The notes under the pieces: model-generated
The model's input: the letters and a program-made list of their open reading frames with translations, nothing else
Database searches by the model: none
Told to the model about the DNA's origin: nothing
Made by a program: the position numbers and the translations under genes
NCBI GenBank assembly: GCA_017441065.1
Contig: JAFSAI010000037.1
Span: forward strand, 6,065 to 70,064
Direction: 5' to 3'
Length of the DNA: 64,000 nt
Source: Bacilli bacterium
GTDB taxonomy: Bacteria > Bacillota_I > Bacilli_A > RF39 > UBA660
Shown: positions 55,226-62,341 of the stretch, one piece after another
Layout: each line of letters begins with the position of its first letter
Numbering within the stretch: position 1 is the first letter of the stretch

Positions 55226-55354
55226 ATGGCTTGTTCAAAATGTGAAAAAGATAATAAATGTCAAGGACATAATAATAATTCAAACTATGTATTTATAGTT
55301 TTAATATTATATATATTACTCGCTATAATAATAGGCGGAAGCTTATTTTATTAA
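55226..55354 (+). CDS. YjcZ-like tiny membrane peptide with a Cys-rich N-terminal extension (42 aa: MACSKCEKDNKCQGHNNNSNYVFIVLILYILLAIIIGGSLFY)
   Basis: RBS AAGGAGG. Same hydrophobic tail type. Followed by a terminator at 55354-55378. Confidence 0.55.
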   Translation: MACSKCEKDNKCQGHNNNSNYVFIVLILYILLAIIIGGSLFY

Positions 55355-55378
55355 AGGAAGCTAAAAGGCTTCTTTTTA
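55354..55378 (+). terminator. Terminator after the YjcZ-like pair
   Basis: aaggaagc/gcttcttt stem followed by a T-run. Confidence 0.55.
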
Positions 55379-55434
55379 TATTGACTTTTATTTTAAATTT
55401 TTATAGGATATATCATACATATTTGAGGGATGTT

Positions 55435-56403
55435 ATGGAAAATTTTAATTTAACAAAAAGTGATCATGAAGATATAACAAGTTTAATGAATATTTCATAT
55501 TCATTATTAGATAATTTTATAAAATTAAGAGATTTAGAAATAAATGGTGGTTATGATAGTGAGGAATATAAAAGTACAATTGAATGTTTAAAATCAACGT
55601 TAGCATTAGAAGAATCTTTTTATAATAGATTTGGCAATCATCCCTTAAAACTACAAGCAATATTAAATGAATTTGTAACTCCCGATAAGGCTTGGGATAT
55701 TAATAAAGACTTACAAATTGCTAACTCAAGTAATAGAGAAGAATTAGTTAAAAGAAGAATCATTTTACGATTAGTAGATAAAATGTGTCATATCAAAAGA
55801 AAGATTCCTTCTTTAGATGGTCAAATTTTTAATAATGCAATGGAAATAAGTTTGACTGTTAAGAAAGATGTTATTAATTCTATATTATGTATTTTAAATT
55901 TGTATTTACAAGATTTTAAGTTTCAAACTATTAATGGTAATTTAGAAAATATGAAATATAATTTTGCTTTTTTATATCAATTTGTTGAAGAGGACTTTTT
56001 AGCTAATAACTTTGCAATCAATCCAGAACTTTACTGGGTGGCAAACTTTATGGCCAATATAAAAAGAACACCAATTCAAGCAGTTGATGCATACAGAAAA
56101 AGTTATGCAAGTGAATTATTAGAAAGAGTTTTACAAGATGCGTTAAATCATGATCGATATTCATTGAGAAATAAAGATGATTATGCTAATGCAATTATAT
56201 CTCAGATTTTAATAAGAGCAGGATTACTATTTAGTGGTGAAGAAGTAGTTAATGAATTAGCAAATAAATTTCAACAATTTATTGGAATTAATCAAATGAT
56301 GAATGGTGATAATTCTGCTGAAAAATTAGTAATGGAAGCAATAAACTTACATTCTAGTGATAGAAGTTTACCAAAGATAGTTACTTTGGGAGTAAATAGA
56401 TAA
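55435..56403 (+). CDS. Uncharacterised helical protein, tandem paralogue A
   Basis: ATG at 55435 after GAGGGA; the listed TTG at 55381 is more likely a -35 box TTGACT. Shares LT..D.E.I, LE.NG, EL(V/I)K(R/S)RI, F(L/A)(Y/F).(F/K).E(E/Q)D(F/L)L.N, LYW, I(I/L)IR(A/V).LLF and LP.IV motifs with the next two genes. Confidence 0.7.
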   Translation: MENFNLTKSDHEDITSLMNISYSLLDNFIKLRDLEINGGYDSEEYKSTIECLKSTLALEESFYNRFGNHPLKLQAILNEFVTPDKAWDINKDLQIANSSNREELVKRRIILRLVDKMCHIKRKIPSLDGQIFNNAMEISLTVKKDVINSILCILNLYLQDFKFQTINGNLENMKYNFAFLYQFVEEDFLANNFAINPELYWVANFMANIKRTPIQAVDAYRKSYASELLERVLQDALNHDRYSLRNKDDYANAIISQILIRAGLLFSGEEVVNELANKFQQFIGINQMMNGDNSAEKLVMEAINLHSSDRSLPKIVTLGVNR

Positions 56404-57326
56404 TGGAAAAATATGTATTAACAACCGAAGATTATGAATTAATTAACTATTTACTGAGAGTGACTAATGAATTAAAAGAGTTTTATGATAACTTGATGAT
56501 GCTGGAAATAAATGGTCAAAAAGATACAATTGAATTTACAAGTATTAAGAATATATTAAATCAAAAAATAGAAGAAGAAAGAACTATTTATTTAAAATTA
56601 GGAATTGATACTAATAGATTACAAGCTTTAATAGAATATTTTATTGAAAAAAATAAAATTAATAATTTTTTGGAAGATTTAAAAGTTTTGGTAGATGGTG
56701 AAAATGATGAAATTATTAAAAGAAGAATAGTTATTAAATTACTAGCAAAGAAATTAGAATTAGAAAAGAATAAATTATATCAAATGGGAGAAGAACTAGA
56801 TAAAGATTTAGAAGAAACAGGATTAGAAACAAAAAAAGAAAAAAATTATGCCTATTATGGTTTATCTAATTTGTTATTATTAAGTAGTATTTTAAAACAA
56901 GACTTTTTAAGAACTTTATTAACGCTTATAAAAAAACAAATAGATGATGATATAAGTCAACAGTCATTTCATATAACATATACCTTATCATTTTTATACG
57001 AATTTTTAGAACAAGATTTTTTATCTAATTATAGTGATGAAAGATTATTTTGGTCATCAAAGATAGTTGCGGAATTAAAATGTATTAGTGATGAGGCATA
57101 TATGGATACTAAAAAGATATATGGTTATGATATTGCAAATGTTGTTTGTCAATTTCCAAATAGTGACTTTTGGCAACTTATATTAAGAGTATCATTATTG
57201 TTTTGTAATATGGATGAATTATCAGCTATTAAGCAAAAATATCCTGAAAATATTAAAGATTTATTAAATGATATTGCAAAAGATAAAGAAATTCCTTTAG
57301 TAGTTAGTTTAAAGCAAAGAGGATAA
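56403..57326 (+). CDS. Uncharacterised helical protein, tandem paralogue B
   Basis: Its start overlaps the stop of paralogue A. Shares the motifs listed for A. Confidence 0.7.
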   Translation: MEKYVLTTEDYELINYLLRVTNELKEFYDNLMMLEINGQKDTIEFTSIKNILNQKIEEERTIYLKLGIDTNRLQALIEYFIEKNKINNFLEDLKVLVDGENDEIIKRRIVIKLLAKKLELEKNKLYQMGEELDKDLEETGLETKKEKNYAYYGLSNLLLLSSILKQDFLRTLLTLIKKQIDDDISQQSFHITYTLSFLYEFLEQDFLSNYSDERLFWSSKIVAELKCISDEAYMDTKKIYGYDIANVVCQFPNSDFWQLILRVSLLFCNMDELSAIKQKYPENIKDLLNDIAKDKEIPLVVSLKQRG

Positions 57327-57328
57327 TT

Positions 57329-58375
57329 ATGGCAGGATATAAATTAACAAATGAAGATATTAAAGATATAGAAGAATTATTAAAAATTACCCAAAGAATA
57401 AAATATCTTTATGATAAATTAATTTTATTAGAATGTGGCTTAAGAAAATATACTGATGAGTATAAAAAAGTATTAGATGAATTAAGAAGTGCATTAAGTA
57501 TAGAAAATAAATTATATTTGAAAATTGGTGATAATCCGGTTAAGTTAAGTGAATTATTGTTTAAATTATTTGATTGTGAGCAACCAAATGCAGTAGATAC
57601 ATTTAATTATGCTAGAGATAATAATGTTCAGGAATTGATTAAGTCTAGAATTGGATTTAGGTTAGAAAAAACCGTGACTGATGCGGATTTTATTGAAGAT
57701 GAAGAAGTTGATGAAGAACTTTCTTATCTTGATTATGATGTTGTAGAAGTATTATCAAGTGATGAAGATGGAATAAGTCCAATAATGGATATGGAAGATG
57801 TTGAAAAACAATTTAGATATATGTCTTCATTAGAAGACTATGCAGAATTAGATGTTTTAAATACAATATTAGCAATACTAAATAAATATATAAATGATCC
57901 TAACTATCAAACTATTAGATTGTTTTTAATAAGATTTAAATATATGTTATCATTTGCATTTCAAAAAATTGAACAAGATTTGTTAGAAAATAATTTTGAA
58001 ATTAATTCAGATTTATATTGGGGTGCTAAGCTTGTTGTTGATGTTCATAATGGTAATATTAATGATTTAAAAAAGAGTAATGAAGGATTTTCAGAAGATA
58101 TTATATACGAACAAAGTGATAACTTAACAAGATTAATATTTGAAGATTTAAGTAATATAACAAATTTTGGAAGTGCAGTAATATCAGAAATAATTATAAG
58201 AGCTAGCTTATTATTTTCAACTGATGAAACAATAAAAAATTTTAGAAATTTTATTCTTTGTGAATTAAAAGATTCAGAGGAAGATAATAAAATAATTGAA
58301 AGTGTAGTAAGTAGAGCAGTTAATAGCGTTGATGAAGATAAGACATTACCTAGAATTGTAAGTTTTAAATTATAA
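57329..58375 (+). CDS. Uncharacterised helical protein, tandem paralogue C (with an acidic insert)
   Basis: Lies 2 nt after paralogue B. Shares the motifs listed for A. Has a D/E-rich insertion, FIEDEEVDEELSYLDYDVVEVLSSDEDG. Confidence 0.7.
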   Translation: MAGYKLTNEDIKDIEELLKITQRIKYLYDKLILLECGLRKYTDEYKKVLDELRSALSIENKLYLKIGDNPVKLSELLFKLFDCEQPNAVDTFNYARDNNVQELIKSRIGFRLEKTVTDADFIEDEEVDEELSYLDYDVVEVLSSDEDGISPIMDMEDVEKQFRYMSSLEDYAELDVLNTILAILNKYINDPNYQTIRLFLIRFKYMLSFAFQKIEQDLLENNFEINSDLYWGAKLVVDVHNGNINDLKKSNEGFSEDIIYEQSDNLTRLIFEDLSNITNFGSAVISEIIIRASLLFSTDETIKNFRNFILCELKDSEEDNKIIESVVSRAVNSVDEDKTLPRIVSFKL

Positions 58376-58376
58376 A

Positions 58377-58404
58377 AAAAGAGTTACTAATATAACTCTT
58401 TTAA
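58377..58404. terminator. Bidirectional terminator between convergent genes
   Basis: aaagagtta/taactcttt hairpin. Confidence 0.6.
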
Positions 58405-59627
58405 TTTGCCATAACTTCTGGTAATGGTTCAATTTTTATTGTATCATCATATTTTTTTAATACCGCGCTAAATTCATTATAAACGCTTTCATAATTATTT
58501 AAATATTTTGATTCCATTTTACTAAAAGGAATAACTAAATAATCATTCTTTCCTTTTTCTTTATTATAAAATCTATAACTATAATTTAAATCTGCACCAA
58601 TATTATCAATAGTAATAGTAGTAGTATCTTTTTCTGTATCAACAACTTTTGTTATATCAAGTGTTGCAAACATTCCAATGACACCAACTTTTCTTACTAA
58701 AGCTTGTTCAGCTCCCATTTGATTAGAAATAAAATTACCAAATGAATAGAATACTACAGTATCGCTAATCATTTCCCAGGGTTGAATACAATGTGAGTGA
58801 GTTCCAAGTACAATATCAACACCATTTTCTGCTAAAAATTGTGCTTGTTTTCTTTGAGTTTCACTTGCATTTTGTTGATATTCATTTCCCCAATGCATTG
58901 CTACAATTAAGATATCAACTTTATCTCTAACAGCAGCTATATCCTTTTTTATAACTTCTTCATCATATAAATTTACTAAATAAGGTTCTTTAGCTATTTC
59001 ACTTTTTCCTAAACCATTAGTTCCATAAGTATAAGAAAGCATTGTATAAGTAATGCCATTAGCTTCCATTATTTGATAATTATTTCTTTCTTCCTCACTA
59101 GTAGCCATACCGTGAGTTAAAACATTATCTTGTTCTTTCCACCAAGTAGTACTTCTTTTAGCACTATCAGCACCTCGGTCCATTGAATGGTTAGTAGCAA
59201 GACTTACAACATTAAATCCAGCTTCAATCATACTTTTACCAAAGTCACTAGGAGTATTAAATCTTGGATATCCTCCATAAGATTCTGTATCATCAAATAC
59301 AGTTTCTTGATTATAATATTTAATATCATAATCTTTTAATTTTTCTTTTGTATAAGTTAACATATCACTAAAATCATAAGATGATGTAGAACTTTGATAT
59401 GCAGCTTTATAAACAGTAGAGTGAACTAAACCATCTCCTGTAGCAATTAATTTCGCTGTATATGTTTTAATTGGATCTTCTGGTTCACTTGGAGTTAATA
59501 ATCCACCACTAGGATTTTCTGGATTTTGATTTAAAACATATTTTATTCCAAATATTCCAAATAAAAGTATAACTAAAGCAAATAATAATATAATTCTTCT
59601 TTTAGCTTTTTTTCTTAACTTAGCCAT
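58401..59627 (-). CDS. CapA-family (PGA_cap) metallophosphatase-like protein, membrane anchored
   Basis: ATGDGLVH, ATNHSMDRG, HWGNEY and GTHSH motifs with an N-terminal TM anchor. Confidence 0.75.
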   Translation of the reverse strand: MAKLRKKAKRRIILLFALVILLFGIFGIKYVLNQNPENPSGGLLTPSEPEDPIKTYTAKLIATGDGLVHSTVYKAAYQSSTSSYDFSDMLTYTKEKLKDYDIKYYNQETVFDDTESYGGYPRFNTPSDFGKSMIEAGFNVVSLATNHSMDRGADSAKRSTTWWKEQDNVLTHGMATSEEERNNYQIMEANGITYTMLSYTYGTNGLGKSEIAKEPYLVNLYDEEVIKKDIAAVRDKVDILIVAMHWGNEYQQNASETQRKQAQFLAENGVDIVLGTHSHCIQPWEMISDTVVFYSFGNFISNQMGAEQALVRKVGVIGMFATLDITKVVDTEKDTTTITIDNIGADLNYSYRFYNKEKGKNDYLVIPFSKMESKYLNNYESVYNEFSAVLKKYDDTIKIEPLPEVMAN

Positions 59628-59998
59628 TATTTTAGAACCTCATAAACATCTTTTACGTCTTTTTCACTTCTTAAACCAAAATTAGGAAGTAAATGCATAT
59701 GATAATGTTTTATTTTTTGAGAATTACCATAATTTATATGTACACTTAATTCTTTAGCATTAAGTCTTTCCATAATATGATTTGTATATTTTTTGGCTAC
59801 TTTATTTATATGAGTGACAAGTTCATCAGGTAAATCCATAAATGTATCATAATGTTGTTTAGGAATAATTAATGTATGTCCATCAACATTAGGATAAGCA
59901 TCCATAATTACCATTACTAAATCATCTTCATATAACTTATAACTAGGTACTTCACCTTTAATAATTTTACAAAATAAGCATTCCATTTTTACCACCAT
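59627..59998 (-). CDS. hit: HIT-family nucleotide hydrolase
   Basis: CLFCKII...DAYPNVDGHTLIIPK...HYHMHLLP is the histidine triad. Confidence 0.85.
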   Translation of the reverse strand: MVVKMECLFCKIIKGEVPSYKLYEDDLVMVIMDAYPNVDGHTLIIPKQHYDTFMDLPDELVTHINKVAKKYTNHIMERLNAKELSVHINYGNSQKIKHYHMHLLPNFGLRSEKDVKDVYEVLK

Positions 59999-60030
59999 TT
60001 ATATTATAACATAATAGTATTTTTGGTTAA

Positions 60031-60717
60031 CTATTTTATTTTCATATTTTGTAAAGTTTTTTTGTTTTCTTTACTAATTCTAAAAGACTCAATTCCTTTT
60101 TGTAATGCTTTATTATAAGTCCATTTATCAAAATTGTTTTTATTTGTATTCATAAATTCAATAGTTTTATCAAAATACTTAATTAAACAAATTGATAAAC
60201 ACCAAGAAATAGCCATTTTAACATAGTAATAATCACTTTTAATTCCTAACATTTTATTTAAAACGAAATCTATGTATTCATCATTAATATAATAATTAAG
60301 TAAAATAACAATTGAAAATCTTTTATAATATTCTTTATCACTTTCCAAATATGACAATATATATTTAAGAAATTTTTCTTCATTATTTTTTATAAATTTT
60401 AATTCTCCACAAAATATATCACAGATTGCCCAATTATCTATTTTAGGAATAAATTTATTTATTAAATTTAATTTTTCTTCAAAGTTAACTTTAGCATTAG
60501 CTATGATTAATCCTTGTAACATAACATATTCATAATAATTTTCATTTAAAGAATTTAATATTTCATAGGTATTATAATCTTTTAATAATAATTTACTAAT
60601 CTTTCTTAAGATTGGAATTTTAATACCTATAATCTCATATTCAGTTTGACAAATTCTTTCATGAAATAGTTTATAATTTTTATCTATATATGGATTTAAG
60701 TAATCAGAAATATTCAT
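60031..60717 (-). CDS. DNA alkylation repair protein (AlkD-like HEAT-repeat family)
   Basis: IGIKIPILRKISK...IDNWAICDIFCGELKFI...YVKMAISWCL is the typical pattern of this family. Confidence 0.65.
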   Translation of the reverse strand: MNISDYLNPYIDKNYKLFHERICQTEYEIIGIKIPILRKISKLLLKDYNTYEILNSLNENYYEYVMLQGLIIANAKVNFEEKLNLINKFIPKIDNWAICDIFCGELKFIKNNEEKFLKYILSYLESDKEYYKRFSIVILLNYYINDEYIDFVLNKMLGIKSDYYYVKMAISWCLSICLIKYFDKTIEFMNTNKNNFDKWTYNKALQKGIESFRISKENKKTLQNMKIK

Positions 60718-60823
60718 AAAATCACCTAAAAATATTATAAAGCATATTAGTTAATAATTAAATGTTGACTATGTTTGTTATTTAGTTTTATACTTCAATT
60801 AGAGTAGAAAGAAGGATTTTGTT

Positions 60824-61087
60824 ATGAATAACTTTTTTAAACCAGCAGGAGATCTTCCATATGAAGAAAAAATAAGTGATGAAGATATAAAACAATATTT
60901 AGAAAGAGTTGTAAGTGGTGAAAAAATAGAGGGTTCTTTAGGTGGCGGCATGATGGTTGTATCTTTTTCTAAATTACAAGAATTAGTTGAGCAAGGATGC
61001 AATATAATATCAGCTGAATATTTGAATTCAGATATGATTGTAATAGAATTTCAAGAACTTCCAAAAAATCGAAAAAGCTTTAGATAA
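60824..61087 (+). CDS. Small protein of unknown function (87 aa)
   Basis: RBS AAGGA. A TTGACT-18-TATACT promoter candidate lies upstream. No motif recognised. Confidence 0.5.
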   Translation: MNNFFKPAGDLPYEEKISDEDIKQYLERVVSGEKIEGSLGGGMMVVSFSKLQELVEQGCNIISAEYLNSDMIVIEFQELPKNRKSFR

Positions 61088-61156
61088 ATATATTTAATAT
61101 AAAAGTGTGTTCTTTTTCCCTAGTTATTGCATAAATTAAATTAGGGAGTGATAAAT

Positions 61157-61690
61157 TTGTCTAATTATAGAGAAATTGTAACTAAAGCTGTTATAGGAAA
61201 AGCTAAAAAAACTAGTGGAAATAAATTTAATGTTCAAACAGAAGAAAGACCTGATACGGTTTTAGGGTGTTGGGTAATTAATAATACTTTTAATGGTACA
61301 AATAATAGAGGTAGTGTACTTATTAATGGAGCATTTGATGTAAATGTTTGGTATTCATATGATAATGATACAAAGACTGCAGTATCAACACAAAGATTTA
61401 CATATACTGATAAAATGAATGTTCCGCTTAAAAATGATACAGTACTTGATAATAATTCGGAAATTATAGTAAGAAGTTTAAAACAACCAACAGTTACAAA
61501 TGTTGAAATAAATAATGGCTTAGTAGAACTTACAATAGAAAAAGAATTAGGAGTAGAAATTGTTGGTAATACAAAAGTAAAAATTTCTGTCGAAGATGTA
61601 GATGATGATTACGAAGAACTAATTGACGAAGAACTTGATAATGCAATTGAAGAAATTAATGAAGAATATTTAGATACAGAAGAAATTTAA
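61157..61690 (+). CDS. cotE: Outer spore coat morphogenetic protein CotE
   Basis: [18 protein letters not shown]...LGCWVIN...[17 protein letters not shown]...LKQP...[14 protein letters not shown] plus an acidic tail is collinear with B. subtilis CotE (MSEYREIITKAVVAKG...). I chose the TTG at 61157, 8 nt after AGGGAG. Confidence 0.8.
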   Translation: MSNYREIVTKAVIGKAKKTSGNKFNVQTEERPDTVLGCWVINNTFNGTNNRGSVLINGAFDVNVWYSYDNDTKTAVSTQRFTYTDKMNVPLKNDTVLDNNSEIIVRSLKQPTVTNVEINNGLVELTIEKELGVEIVGNTKVKISVEDVDDDYEELIDEELDNAIEEINEEYLDTEEI

Positions 61691-61709
61691 TTGTGTCAAC
61701 GAAAAAGTG

Positions 61710-61738
61710 TTGACGATTGTAATATGGTTTGTTATACT
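61710..61738 (+). promoter_or_regulatory. Sigma-A type promoter of rpsP
   Basis: TTGACG, a 17-nt spacer, then TATACT. Confidence 0.6.
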
Positions 61739-61766
61739 ATTTGTAGTAAAAAAAGGAGGCAATGTT

Positions 61767-62042
61767 ATGGCAGTTAAATTAAGATTAAAAAGAATGGGTT
61801 CTAAACAAAAACCATTTTATAGAATAGTTGCAGCAGATTCTCGTAGTCCAAGAGATGGTCGTTTTATCGAAGTAGTTGGAACTTATGATCCAATTAAAGG
61901 TGCTGATAAAATTACTATTGATGAAGAAAAAGCATTAACTTGGTTAAGAAATGGTGCACAACCAACAGATACAGTTAAAAATATTTTATCTCATGCTGGT
62001 GTTATGGCAAAATATGCTGATTCAAAAAAGAAAACTAAATAG
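61767..62042 (+). CDS. rpsP: 30S ribosomal protein S16
   Basis: [35 protein letters not shown]. The ATG at 61767 follows AAGGAGG. The listed start at 61707 would add a spurious hydrophobic extension and lies upstream of the rpsP promoter. Confidence 0.9.
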   Translation: MAVKLRLKRMGSKQKPFYRIVAADSRSPRDGRFIEVVGTYDPIKGADKITIDEEKALTWLRNGAQPTDTVKNILSHAGVMAKYADSKKKTK

Positions 62043-62052
62043 GTAGGATTTT

Positions 62053-62298
62053 ATGAGTGTAGTAGAATTTGCAGAATACATAGTAAAAAGTATTGTAAAA
62101 GAAAAAGAACTTGTAAAAGTATCTGAATTTCAAGCTGATGATGACATTAAAATTTTAGAAATACTTGTACCTGAATCAGATATGGGAAGAGTAATTGGTA
62201 AAAATGGAAAAATGTCTACATCAATTAGAACATTAATTCAAGCTTTTGCAGCAGTTAATAATATGCCAAAAGTAAAAATTAATATTGATTCATTTTAA
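62053..62298 (+). CDS. KH-domain RNA-binding protein (YlqC family)
   Basis: VGRVIGKNGKM-type GxxG loop (MGRVIGKNGKMSTSIRTL), in the conserved position after rpsP. Confidence 0.8.
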   Translation: MSVVEFAEYIVKSIVKEKELVKVSEFQADDDIKILEILVPESDMGRVIGKNGKMSTSIRTLIQAFAAVNNMPKVKINIDSF

Positions 62299-62341
62299 GA
62301 AATAGATAAAACTATTTCTTTTTTTGAAATGGAGGTTAAAT

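Noticed and set aside
61707-61766. 20-codon N-terminal extension of rpsP from a GTG start, as listed in the track
   Set aside because: The extension ([20 protein letters not shown]) starts 3 nt upstream of the predicted TTGACG-17-TATACT promoter (61710-38), whose transcription start lies beyond it. The canonical MAVKLRLKR start at 61767 has a perfect AAGGAGG RBS.
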